The translations under genes were made by a program, and so were the position numbers. This document shows, one piece after another, positions 24,234-32,023 of a stretch of DNA of 32,242 nt (within the stretch, counting starts at the first letter, position 1; the number at the start of each line of letters is the position of its first letter). The notes beneath the pieces were generated by a model. That model did no database searches. It was not told the DNA's origin and was given only the letters and a program-made list of their open reading frames with translations. The stretch comes from a bacterium (GTDB taxonomy: Bacteria; Patescibacteriota; Minisyncoccia; Phycocordibacterales; Zambryskibacteraceae). The stretch spans positions 1-32,242 of the forward strand of contig JAUSGP010000006.1 of NCBI GenBank assembly GCA_030674415.1. The letters are read 5' to 3'.

Positions 24234-25577
24234 TTAAAATTCCTCAAAATTGGGATCGAAGTTGATCTGAACGGTAGCTGGAGCGCAAGTAGTGATAAGA
24301 CCATCGGCATCGGTCACTCTAAGTGTAGCAGTTTTCTGTCCGATGGTGCTGTAGGTACGACTATAAGGGTTGGTAGCGGGAGCCGGATTGGTCAGGATAT
24401 TGGTACCGCTCCATGAGTAGGAGAGAGGTGGTGTGCCGCCAGAGACCGAGCCGGACCAGGTGACATTCTGGCCCACGAGCGTGGTGGGCGGATTAGCGAA
24501 ACAGGTGGCCGTAGTGGGGTTACCAGAGATGACCAGGTTGAAGTTGGTGGTCTTACCGAGTGGAGCGCCAGTTATAGTGATCGGGTATGTGCCGACAGGA
24601 GCACTTGAAGGAACGGTGAAGGTGACGGTAGACGAGCATGTCGGATTGCAAGGGTTAGAACTAACAGAGTACGAAACTCCCGAGGGTGTGCCGAAGACAG
24701 CTAGAGTAACCGACTGGCTGGGGCCGCCAGAAAGAGTTCTGGTGATAATGTTTTGAGTGAAGGCATTGCCATTGGTCTTAGCCACGTTGGAATTGCCGGA
24801 ATTCGAGAGACTGTAATCGAAGGCCGGTACCGGGGTGAAATTCACTCGTGCCGTCTTGTCAGCGTCGACGAGCGCCGAGCAGGTAGCACCCTGTCCGCCG
24901 CAGATAGTACCGTTCGAGGGAATCCAGTTATTGAATGAGTAGCCACTAGCCGGAGTTGCAATCAAGGTGATCCAGGTGCCGACATTATAAGTCTCACTAC
25001 AATCCCCCGGACAACTGATACCCGGTCCGGTGATAGTACCAGAGCCGGAGTTAATAGAAACAGAGACGGTATAAGTGGTGGGAGGTGGCGTAGGATAAAG
25101 ATAAGATGGTGTGGGGTAATCGTATTCCTCTTCCGGAGTTGGGTAGTTGTATGGAGGTGTAGGGTAGATATAAGACGGCGTGGGATAATTATAAGAAGGA
25201 GTGGGATAGTCGTATAAAGCAGAAGGACTTTGATAAGAAGGGGTGGGATATTCGTAAGAAGGAGGTGGGGCAGGATAATCATAAGGTGGAACTGGGTAGT
25301 CATATGGTTCAGGGTCTGGATCCGAGCAATAGCTTGGGTCATAACCCTCACATCCGGGGTTACAAATGTCATAGCATGCCCCATCTCCACCGCCGCCGTC
25401 ATCACATTGATCAGGATTACCATAGCAATCGAGATCTGCATCACACTCCCAATAACAGCCCGATTGAGCCATGGCAACATCTGGCGAAGGAATAGCTGGG
25501 GTCACAATGATAGCGGCTATAATCATTGCGGACGCGAGTATCAAAGCAGAAAATATATTTTTCTTTTCTTTTTTCAT
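24234..25577 (-). CDS. Secreted 447-aa modular protein: acidic Cys-rich module, YPTPSY tandem repeats, InlB-B-repeat-like module, PKD-like C-terminus ending FDPNFEEF
   Basis: Signal/anchor KKNIFSALILASAMIIAAIIV. CYWECDADLDCYGNPDQCDDGGGGDGACYDICNPGCEGYDPSYC. At least 8 copies of (Y/D)YP(T/A/V)P(S/P)Y. The C-terminal 280 aa are colinear with the 785-aa protein. Confidence 0.85.
   Translation of the reverse strand: MKKEKKNIFSALILASAMIIAAIIVTPAIPSPDVAMAQSGCYWECDADLDCYGNPDQCDDGGGGDGACYDICNPGCEGYDPSYCSDPDPEPYDYPVPPYDYPAPPPSYEYPTPSYQSPSALYDYPTPSYNYPTPSYIYPTPPYNYPTPEEEYDYPTPSYLYPTPPPTTYTVSVSINSGSGTITGPGISCPGDCSETYNVGTWITLIATPASGYSFNNWIPSNGTICGGQGATCSALVDADKTARVNFTPVPAFDYSLSNSGNSNVAKTNGNAFTQNIITRTLSGGPSQSVTLAVFGTPSGVSYSVSSNPCNPTCSSTVTFTVPSSAPVGTYPITITGAPLGKTTNFNLVISGNPTTATCFANPPTTLVGQNVTWSGSVSGGTPPLSYSWSGTNILTNPAPATNPYSRTYSTIGQKTATLRVTDADGLITTCAPATVQINFDPNFEEF
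24237..25076. repeat. Dispersed repeat copy 2, paralogous to 19051-19897
   Basis: See copy 1. Both copies are on the minus strand (direct orientation), about 5.2 kb apart. Confidence 0.85.
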
Positions 25578-25578
25578 A

Positions 25579-26226
25579 TCAATTTTTGGATACTCTCTGC
25601 ACTACCACCGCTTCAGTGGAATTGTTATCACTTGGGTACATCACTATTCTGAACAAATAATCCCCCTTTTCTAACAGAAGCATTATGGCGTCATCTTCAG
25701 CATAGACATGTCCCGCCACTAGACGGAAATAATTGGGAAGAATAGAATTTTTGTAATATTGGAATGTATCAAGTAGGTTGGTGTCATAATTAAATACAGC
25801 CCTTACCCCTGTAGAACCGTCCTCGAAGGTCATTTGAGATACTGCCAAGGGATCATGATTAATTTTAAATGGGGCTAGAGTTATAACATCTTGATCGGCC
25901 AGTACTTTTTCACTTATTATTTTGGGAATCTGGTATTGCTTGTAGCGGTCACTGGGCTCTTCTGCCTTGCGCATTATGCTCTCTATTTCAGTAGCAGATG
26001 GCCGGCCTCTTGCCCCATCAACATTTTGCGTAAGGGCATTCTCAAGAAAAGATTCTACCCCAACGCGATCAAAGGTGGTGGTGTTTGGTTGTTTGATTAT
26101 ATAAAGAAAGACAACGAGCAATAATACAATAACAATTACAAGGATTGTCGATAATTTGTGCGGTTTCTCTTGCTGGACATTAATTGGATCCGGCGATAAA
26201 GGAAGTTGTGGGCCCATCGATTCCAT
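25579..26226 (-). CDS. Hypothetical N-terminally anchored protein (about 215 aa)
   Basis: TM STILVIVIVLLLVVFLYII, no recognised domain. Start placed at the ATG at 26226, which follows a promoter with leaderless geometry. The ORF-track TTG start at 26232 falls between that -10 box and the ATG. Confidence 0.6.
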   Translation of the reverse strand: MESMGPQLPLSPDPINVQQEKPHKLSTILVIVIVLLLVVFLYIIKQPNTTTFDRVGVESFLENALTQNVDGARGRPSATEIESIMRKAEEPSDRYKQYQIPKIISEKVLADQDVITLAPFKINHDPLAVSQMTFEDGSTGVRAVFNYDTNLLDTFQYYKNSILPNYFRLVAGHVYAEDDAIMLLLEKGDYLFRIVMYPSDNNSTEAVVVQRVSKN

Positions 26227-26232
26227 AAACAA

Positions 26233-26261
26233 ATTTTACTTCAAAAAAAACTCTTTCACAA
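26233..26261 (-). promoter_or_regulatory. Promoter with leaderless geometry for the 25579-26226 / 24234-25577 gene string
   Basis: Minus strand: TTGTGA (rc of 26256-26261), 17 nt, TAAAAT (rc of 26233-26238), 6 nt, ATG at 26226. Confidence 0.5.
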
Positions 26262-26271
26262 GTTTAATTAT

Positions 26272-26312
26272 CCAAAACAAAAAGGTCGGCCTGCGTGAAC
26301 GCAAGACCGACC
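26272..26312 (-). terminator. Rho-independent terminator after the VWA gene
   Basis: Stem GGTCGG…TGCG / CGCA…CCGACC (26284-26312), followed on the minus strand by TTTTTGTTTTGG. Confidence 0.6.
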
Positions 26313-26341
26313 TTAAGACTCGACAGAGCTGACTCCTTTCT

Positions 26342-27445
26342 CTAGTGGGGCACGATGTACCCCTGCCGGTGACGAACCTCCAGGCCACGCCCGTTTACCT
26401 TGATGGTAATTTTGCGAGTCGTGCCCGGCTTATTGCCAGACGGCATCACGTAGCCGAGCAGATAGTGGGAACTGTGTTCGTGCACAACCCGACTGAAAGC
26501 GCGCGCGAAGTCGTTGGTACGAAGGATTGGGTTCTCCCCCGTCTCTTCGGAAAGCATCATCAGGGATTGATGGCCGCTATTAGGAGCTCCAAGTCCCCTT
26601 GCGTCAATAGAAACGATAGAAAGATTGGCCCCTCTCAAATTTTTTTTCGTATCCCCCATAATGCTGGCAAACGCGGCGTTATCGGCCATAATTTGCGCAT
26701 TGATAGATGGCTCAACCATAGCTCGCCGGTCGGACCGGGGTAGCTGATTTAAACCTTCGACCCCTTCGCTGAAAAGTAAGACGACTTTCCGTTGAGTAGG
26801 GAGGTTCTCGTTGCTCCAAGCGGTGAGGTCGTTGACAACCCGGAAGAACTTGAGAGCATTTGCCCTCCTTTCTGCCAAAGTTGCCTCCACATCGCCGTTA
26901 GGTCGCCGACCGACAAACCTACCGAGAGCCTTCAAGAGAAGCCCCCGGTCGTTGGTGAAATCCTGACCCAAACCGCCGATACCGCTGCTATAGACGATCG
27001 ACATCAAGTCGTTGTCCGAGAAGAATTGCTCGACGAACAACTGAGCCCTCTTCTTGACATCGAACCACGCCGACGCCACCTCACATTCTGGCAGATCGCT
27101 CGCACAACTCGTGGTATGAAGGTCGTCGAGAATCATGATGTAAACGCGGCCGAGGGACTCGGCTCTCACATCCACACCTGACTCCGCTATCGTCATCGCG
27201 AGTTTGACGTCCCCGGTGTTTGAGAACGGAATCTCGATGAACGAGAAGTTTGTGACCGGCTGCGGCTTCCCTTCGTCAAGAATGGTGAAATCGTCCTTGG
27301 TCAACCCGTGAACAACTTCGCCGTTCTTATTTGTGACAAGTACGTTGACCTCCACCAGTTCGGTTTCGGTTCGGAATCTCTCCTGCTGTGCCGTTGCCTG
27401 GCCAGCAAGTAGAACGCTGACGACGACTAAACACAGCAGTTTCAT
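26342..27445 (-). CDS. Secreted VWA-domain protein of the VWFA-related (Acidobacteria-type) family
   Basis: Signal peptide MKLLCLVVVSVLLAGQATAQQ. The N-terminal module FRTETELVEVNVLVTNKNGEVVHGLTKDDFTILDEGKPQPVTNF is characteristic of that family. VYIMILDD is a MIDAS-region-like strand. AGGAG sits 6 nt upstream of the ATG at 27445. Clearly GC-richer by eye than its neighbours. Confidence 0.75.
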   Translation of the reverse strand: MKLLCLVVVSVLLAGQATAQQERFRTETELVEVNVLVTNKNGEVVHGLTKDDFTILDEGKPQPVTNFSFIEIPFSNTGDVKLAMTIAESGVDVRAESLGRVYIMILDDLHTTSCASDLPECEVASAWFDVKKRAQLFVEQFFSDNDLMSIVYSSGIGGLGQDFTNDRGLLLKALGRFVGRRPNGDVEATLAERRANALKFFRVVNDLTAWSNENLPTQRKVVLLFSEGVEGLNQLPRSDRRAMVEPSINAQIMADNAAFASIMGDTKKNLRGANLSIVSIDARGLGAPNSGHQSLMMLSEETGENPILRTNDFARAFSRVVHEHSSHYLLGYVMPSGNKPGTTRKITIKVNGRGLEVRHRQGYIVPH

Positions 27446-27528
27446 TGTCATCTCCTAAGAATTGGTGCCGACAAGACAAAGAACAGAGAAAACTAGCCTG
27501 ACACTAGTATACCATCTATAATAGATGT

Positions 27529-28554
27529 ATGCAAAAGAGCATTATTTACAGAAATGTCAAACTTCTCGGGATTTTGCTGATTTTAGCCTTAGTGGCACTC
27601 CTCTTTCTGACCTTACCCTCAGGCTTACCTTCTCTCTATACCAAGGGAAATAAGATCTTGTCGGCTAGTACCAACCAGCCGATCACGTTGCGCGGCATAG
27701 TCTCCGATTACTTCAGATATGACTTCAATTACGACTACCCGGAGCTCTACGGTGGACTGGAAGCCGAGTTGGCGAAGATCAAGTACTTGAAACAAGCTGG
27801 AGCAGACGTGAATGTCGTCGGCTTATATCTGGCTCGCTTGGACAAAATTAAGTCTCATATTGAGGAAATGGACCAGTACATCGAATACGCCAGAGATAAT
27901 GACATGTACGTCTATCTCGCCCCGGCCGGCATCGGCTTCCTCGAAACTAATCCGGAGAAAAAGATTAAAAAGGATGAAGGTTACTGGGAAAATGTAGGTG
28001 CAAATGACTTAGGAGCATTAACCGAATTCCTGGCTTCTCGCTACGGCAGTTACTCCAATGTCATGTACCAGCTGACCGCCGAGCCGAACATTTCTTACTC
28101 CACCTGGGAAATAAAGCAGAGGGAATTAGCCGAGATCGTCAGGAAATATACGAACAACCCGATCATCGTCAGTACTCCGCGCTACACTCCCTACTCCTCC
28201 TTGCCCGCTCTACCCTTCGAGAACATCATCTATTCGACCGGAGGATATGTCAGAAGAGTCGATGGCTCTTTTACGGAACGCCAGATAAGCGATATCTTAG
28301 GGATAGAAAGTTTGAAGCGAATCTATCCGGTCATGGTTGCTGAATTCGGAGGCAATTACGGCGGAGATTTCTCTAGCGTAGAAGATCTGCTTTCCTTTAA
28401 GAATATTATGGAAGCTCTTCACCAGGAACAGTTGAGTTATAGCGTCTACCGCTTGAGCGCCACTTACCAGGGCGACGGTCTAGCCCTTTTTGATACTGAA
28501 GGGAATCTGACCAAGAAGGGCCAGATATTCCTAAATATGTTTGTAAGCTATTAG
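27529..28554 (+). CDS. Membrane-anchored glycoside hydrolase, GH5 (cellulase-like) family candidate
   Basis: N-terminal TM. ITLRGIV near the N-terminus. YQLTAEPN sits where the GH5 NEP acid/base motif is expected (AEP here). VMVAEFGG sits at the nucleophile position. TATAAT (27517-27522) lies 6 nt upstream of the ATG. Confidence 0.6.
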   Translation: MQKSIIYRNVKLLGILLILALVALLFLTLPSGLPSLYTKGNKILSASTNQPITLRGIVSDYFRYDFNYDYPELYGGLEAELAKIKYLKQAGADVNVVGLYLARLDKIKSHIEEMDQYIEYARDNDMYVYLAPAGIGFLETNPEKKIKKDEGYWENVGANDLGALTEFLASRYGSYSNVMYQLTAEPNISYSTWEIKQRELAEIVRKYTNNPIIVSTPRYTPYSSLPALPFENIIYSTGGYVRRVDGSFTERQISDILGIESLKRIYPVMVAEFGGNYGGDFSSVEDLLSFKNIMEALHQEQLSYSVYRLSATYQGDGLALFDTEGNLTKKGQIFLNMFVSY

Positions 28555-28560
28555 GTGGTG

Positions 28561-28589
28561 TTTACCCTGAGGGATTCGAAGGGTAGAAT
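28561..28589 (+). promoter_or_regulatory. Promoter of xth with leaderless geometry
   Basis: TTTACC (28561-28566), 17 nt, TAGAAT (28584-28589), 6 nt, ATG at 28596. Confidence 0.5.
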
Positions 28590-28595
28590 ATCGTT

Positions 28596-29363
28596 ATGAA
28601 ATCCATCATCTCCTGGAATGTCAATGGCTTGCGGGCTGTGCACCGCAAAGGCAACTGGGAGCGCATTCTGGAGGAAAAACCCGACATTTTATGCCTCCAA
28701 GAGACTAAAAGTTTGCCCGACCAGCTTCCAGCCGAGCTCAAGGATATCCCTGGCTATCACTCCTACTTCCACTTCCCTACCGTCAAGAAGGGTTACAGCG
28801 GAGTGGCTATTTATAGTAAGGAGAAGCCGTTGAAAGTTTCACGCGACCTAGGAATAGAGACTTTCGACCAAGAAGGCCGCCTGATCATGGCTGAATATAA
28901 GCATTTTATCCTGATTAACGTCTACTTCCCCAATGGCGGTGGCGCACCAGAGCGCTTACGCTACAAGCTCGATTTCTATGACTATTTCTTGGAATTTATA
29001 GATAAGTTAAGGAAGATTCAGCCGAATATCATTTTCACCGGTGATGTAAACGTCGCTCACCAAGCTATAGACCTGGCCAGACCGAAGGAGAATGAGACCC
29101 ATGTTGGATTCCTTCCCATTGAGCGTGCTTGGATGGATAAGCTAGTGTCTCACGGTTGGACAGACGTCTTCCGCCACTTTTACCCTGACCAGACCGAAGC
29201 CTATACCTACTGGGATATGAAGACCTTCGCTAGGGAAAGGAACGTGGGCTGGAGAATAGACTACTTCTTCGCCTCGCCAGAGATGCTGAAGAAGGTTAAA
29301 TCCATGGAGATACTTGACAGTATTATGGGCTCCGACCACTGCCCTATTAAAATTGTCCTTTAG
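28596..29363 (+). CDS. xth: Exodeoxyribonuclease III (AP endonuclease, EEP family)
   Basis: ISWNVNGLRA, ILCLQETK, GDVNVAH and GSDHCPI are canonical ExoIII/APE1 motifs. Confidence 0.93.
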   Translation: MKSIISWNVNGLRAVHRKGNWERILEEKPDILCLQETKSLPDQLPAELKDIPGYHSYFHFPTVKKGYSGVAIYSKEKPLKVSRDLGIETFDQEGRLIMAEYKHFILINVYFPNGGGAPERLRYKLDFYDYFLEFIDKLRKIQPNIIFTGDVNVAHQAIDLARPKENETHVGFLPIERAWMDKLVSHGWTDVFRHFYPDQTEAYTYWDMKTFARERNVGWRIDYFFASPEMLKKVKSMEILDSIMGSDHCPIKIVL

Positions 29364-29640
29364 TTATCCCCAGGTGGATTAGGTAATTTGTCCTTTACTC
29401 TATATTATATATCTAGACGTTCGGCGGATATTTATTTCTCTCTAGCAGTAATTGGAAGCTGAATTTTTTGCTCTTTGGAAGACGCCCGCCCGACTGAATG
29501 ACTTCAGTCATTCGGGCAGGTTCCAGTAGAAGACATTCTGGTCTTCGAGGAACAAGCATAGACGACGGATCCTCAACTTACTTTATTTTTTTGATCCAGT
29601 CGCTCTAGGGCCCCCTCCTTTTCTGGAATACTCTTCTTCA

Positions 29641-29680
29641 ACCCGCTAGCATAGACTTCGTCGCTGGCGGGTTTTTGTTT
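29641..29680 (+). terminator. Rho-independent terminator about 280 nt downstream of xth
   Basis: Stem ACCCGCTAGC (29641-29650) / GCTGGCGGGT (29663-29672), 9/10 paired, followed by TTTTTGTTT. Confidence 0.6.
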
Positions 29681-29897
29681 ATCTTGAGCTTGTCGAAATG
29701 GTATGTCCTTAAAGAAAAGCTTTTATTTAAAGGGGAATTAGACCATAAATTCTCCAAACTGTGGATAATTAGGTGGACACTGTGTATTAAAAGACATAAT
29801 ATTAAAAGACAGCTTTTGCGATAAGTCTTTAATCTTAGCCATATTTTCACTTTACTTAGCAATTTAAGTTTCATATGAAACATATTCAAGCAGTTTC

Positions 29898-30308
29898 ATG
29901 AATAACGTCGACCGGAGGACGGAAAAGAGGAAAACGGGAGATATTGGAGAGAATATCGCCTGCGATTTCTTGAAGAAAAGGGGCTTCGAGGTGGTAGAAA
30001 GGAACTATTTAAGGAAGTGGGGCGAGATTGATATCGTGGCTCGTAAAGCGAATGTTATTCGCTTTGTCGAAGTCAAAAGCGTGACATGGGCCATCCATGG
30101 TAAGACTCAAGCCAAGGTTTCAAATGAAACCTATAGGCCAGAAGACAATATGCACCCGTGGAAACTCAAGCGTCTAGCCAGAACCATGCAGACCTACATG
30201 TTACACAAGAAACTTGACTGTGACTTCCAGCTTGACCTCATCACGGTCAAAATGGACATGACCACCCATAAAGCCCGAGTAGAGATGATTGAGAATATTG
30301 TAATCTAG
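29898..30308 (+). CDS. yraN: YraN family (UPF0102) endonuclease-like protein
   Basis: GDIGENIACDFLKKRGFEVVERNYLRKWGEIDIVARKANVIRFVEVKS is the typical YraN PD-(D/E)xK core. Confidence 0.85.
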   Translation: MNNVDRRTEKRKTGDIGENIACDFLKKRGFEVVERNYLRKWGEIDIVARKANVIRFVEVKSVTWAIHGKTQAKVSNETYRPEDNMHPWKLKRLARTMQTYMLHKKLDCDFQLDLITVKMDMTTHKARVEMIENIVI

Positions 30309-30412
30309 CAAGATTATCCTGAGCGAACGCAGTGAGTCGAAGGGTCATTTGATAAAATAGACAGAACATAGTATTTTAAACTTAGAGTTAACTTGCAGTT
30401 ACGGGGAGATAT

Positions 30413-30658
30413 ATGACCAAAGAGGATCGCGGATTTGCTTCGATGGATCGCGAGAAGCGGCGCGAGATTGCTAGTAAGGGCGGCCAGGCGGCTCATAAAC
30501 CCGGGCTTCGCACAAACGGTAAGCCCAAGAAGAAGCCTCACGAGTGGGATACGCACTCAGCGCGTTCGGCCGGTCGCAAAAGTGCGGAGAAGAGATTCGG
30601 CTGCTCAGAAGAAGTTGCTACGGTCGGTCTCGAGGACTTTTTCCTGCCAGAGGTCTGA
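30413..30658 (+). CDS. KGG-repeat stress-induced protein (GsiB/YciG-like)
   Basis: RGFASMDREKRREIASKGGQAAH and HEWDTHSARSAGRKSAE resemble KGG repeats. GGGGAG sits 4 nt upstream of the ATG, and a strong terminator follows the stop. Confidence 0.7.
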   Translation: MTKEDRGFASMDREKRREIASKGGQAAHKPGLRTNGKPKKKPHEWDTHSARSAGRKSAEKRFGCSEEVATVGLEDFFLPEV

Positions 30659-30669
30659 CGGCGTGCAAA

Positions 30670-30701
30670 GGGGCCTGCTAGTGCAGGCCCCTTTCTTATT
30701 T
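30670..30701 (+). terminator. Rho-independent terminator
   Basis: Stem GGGGCCTGC (30670-30678) / GCAGGCCCC (30683-30691) with loop TAGT, followed by TTTCTTATTT. Confidence 0.8.
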
Positions 30702-30712
30702 AATAATTAGTG

Positions 30713-30783
30713 TGCGGGATGAGGTAATCGAAACCTCGACTACAGTTTGGAAAACTGTCGTTTTACCACTAAACTAATCCCGC
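30713..30783 (-). tRNA. tRNA-Gly (anticodon UCC)
   Basis: Minus strand GCGGGAT-TA-GTTT-AGTGGTA-AAAC-G-ACAGT-TTTCCAA-ACTGT-AGTC-GAGGT-TTCGATT-ACCTC-ATCCCGC-A. All stems pair. 71 nt, CCA not encoded. Confidence 0.93.
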
Positions 30784-30796
30784 ATTCTGGTATATA

Positions 30797-30867
30797 TCGG
30801 GGCGCCGAGAATCGAACTCGGACCTCAAGCTCCCAAAGCATGTATACTACCACTATACTACGCCCCG
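30797..30867 (-). tRNA. tRNA-Pro (anticodon UGG)
   Basis: Minus strand CGGGGCG-TA-GTAT-AGTGGTA-GTAT-A-CATGC-TTTGGGA-GCTTG-AGGT-CCGAG-TTCGATT-CTCGG-CGCCCCG-A. One T:T mismatch in the anticodon stem, G37 present. 71 nt. Confidence 0.85.
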
Positions 30868-30892
30868 TTCTCTTCATATTTTCGGGATGTTG

Positions 30893-30963
30893 TCGGGATG
30901 GGGAGAATTGAACTCCCGTCTCACGAACCCGAATCGTGTATACTACCGCTGTACTACATCCCG
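30893..30963 (-). tRNA. tRNA-Pro (anticodon CGG)
   Basis: Minus strand CGGGATG-TA-GTAC-AGCGGTA-GTAT-A-CACGA-TTCGGGT-TCGTG-AGAC-GGGAG-TTCAATT-CTCCC-CATCCCG-A. 71 nt. Confidence 0.9.
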
Positions 30964-31034
30964 AAAATTAATCTACATTTCGTAGGAATTTACTCTAGCA
31001 TTTTACCCAAATTTAGGCTAATATTTCCCTGTTT

Positions 31035-31105
31035 GCGGCTATGGTTTAGTGGTAGAACACGTCCTTGCCAAGGACGAGATTCGGGTTCGATTCCCGGTAG
31101 CCGCA
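31035..31105 (+). tRNA. tRNA-Gly (anticodon GCC)
   Basis: GCGGCTA-TG-GTTT-AGTGGTA-GAAC-A-CGTCC-TTGCCAA-GGACG-AGAT-TCGGG-TTCGATT-CCCGG-TAGCCGC-A. 71 nt. Confidence 0.93.
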
Positions 31106-31139
31106 CACTTCGACTCACTATGTTCGCTCAGTATAAACC

Positions 31140-31706
31140 TTATTTATTATCAATAGAGGCTTCGTAGATCTGGTCGGAGTAACTGCCGCCAAACGCAGTG
31201 CACCAGAAGACATTGGTGAAGTGCCACTTATAGCCCTTCGCTCCGCAGCGATTAGGATGCCCGGCCGACTCGAGGTTAGTAGTCAGATCATAGCTGTCCG
31301 CATAAGCATACCGGCCGACATTGCCGTAGGTGTAAGAATGGCAGTTGTCGTTCCACGGAGGGCAGCTATCATTAACAGGATCGACTGGCATAGAACCAAG
31401 GTAGGGCGCGAGATAAGTATAGAAAGTATTCCAGGAGGTCGGACCACTAGCGATGTAGCTGTAGTTATAGCCGGTGCAATCCCAGCCACAGCCGGATGGG
31501 GGATAGTAGCCGTTGTCGCTATGAAATAACTCTAGCGCATTCCTTACTTGCTCAAGGTCACTCATGCGTCTAGCATCATTGGCCTTAATACGCGAGGAGA
31601 AAACGCTAGTGGCGATTAAGCTTGAGAGCAGTGAGATAAGCGCAACGACCATCAGTAATTCTATAAGGGTGAAACCGCGCTTGTACTGTAAGGAAATTAT
31701 TCTCAT
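31140..31706 (-). CDS. Type IV pilin / PulG-like major pilin candidate
   Basis: KRGFTLIELLMVVALISLLSSLIA prepilin motif. NDARRMSDLEQVRNALELFHSDNGYYP is a typical pilin alpha1-C region. Cys/Trp/Tyr-rich globular domain. Confidence 0.88.
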   Translation of the reverse strand: MRIISLQYKRGFTLIELLMVVALISLLSSLIATSVFSSRIKANDARRMSDLEQVRNALELFHSDNGYYPPSGCGWDCTGYNYSYIASGPTSWNTFYTYLAPYLGSMPVDPVNDSCPPWNDNCHSYTYGNVGRYAYADSYDLTTNLESAGHPNRCGAKGYKWHFTNVFWCTAFGGSYSDQIYEASIDNK

Positions 31707-31978
31707 TAATTTCTAGGAACCGCTACTTCAATAATATTAGTTGAAATTGGCACCGGACGCTCAGTAGCTCGTAGAAACATCACGGCCGAAACTGTGAGTA
31801 TCACTACCGCAAGTATCGCTAAAGCGATCTGGGCCTGCTTGTCGGTACTGACTATACCCCCCGAGAAATTCATAACCACACGCGACATCAAGGACGTGCC
31901 GGTTCTCTGAGCCATGAATTCCTGTGGAGCATATTGTTGATCAGTCTCGAAGACTACTTTCTTCTCATCGGGATTCAT
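31706..31978 (-). CDS. Hypothetical 90-aa membrane protein, translationally coupled (TAATG) to the pilin gene
   Basis: Start at MNPDEKK (ATG 31978), with TATAAT (rc of 31986-31991) 7 nt upstream. One TM (IALAILAVVILTVSAVMFL). The longer ORF-track version overlaps tRNA-Arg. Confidence 0.55.
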   Translation of the reverse strand: MNPDEKKVVFETDQQYAPQEFMAQRTGTSLMSRVVMNFSGGIVSTDKQAQIALAILAVVILTVSAVMFLRATERPVPISTNIIEVAVPRN

Positions 31979-32023
31979 ATCGTAGATTATAGCAGTAAAT
32001 TGTTGTAGGATAACCACAATCAT

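Noticed and set aside
24433-25674. Alternative-frame ORFs (24433-24756, 24753-24938, 24962-25480, 25230-25652, 25265-25495, 25471-25674) over the 447-aa gene
   Set aside because: They arise from the repetitive Pro/Tyr-coding DNA. The annotated frame is supported by colinearity with the 785-aa paralog.
29638-29889. 83-aa minus-strand ORF in the xth-yraN gap
   Set aside because: AT-rich with a low-complexity Leu/Lys/Ser translation and no SD or -10 geometry. It also runs through the plus-strand terminator. Treated as non-coding.
29364-29897. Known housekeeping ncRNA (RNase P RNA, tmRNA, SRP RNA, 6S) in the long gap
   Set aside because: I could not find the hallmark motifs that I know: GAGGAAAGTCC for RNase P, a tRNA-like TPsiC/ACCA end for tmRNA, or a GGAA/AGCA symmetric loop around a GNRA tetraloop for SRP. 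Left as unassigned structure.
30314-30710. ORFs 30314-30556 (minus) and 30435-30710 (plus) overlapping the KGG protein gene
   Set aside because: The 30413-30658 frame has KGG-repeat similarity, an SD and a terminator right after its stop. The others are shadow frames in GC-rich DNA.
30898-31167. 89-aa plus-strand ORF
   Set aside because: It is built from the reverse complement of tRNA-Pro-CGG plus tRNA-Gly-GCC, so it is not coding.
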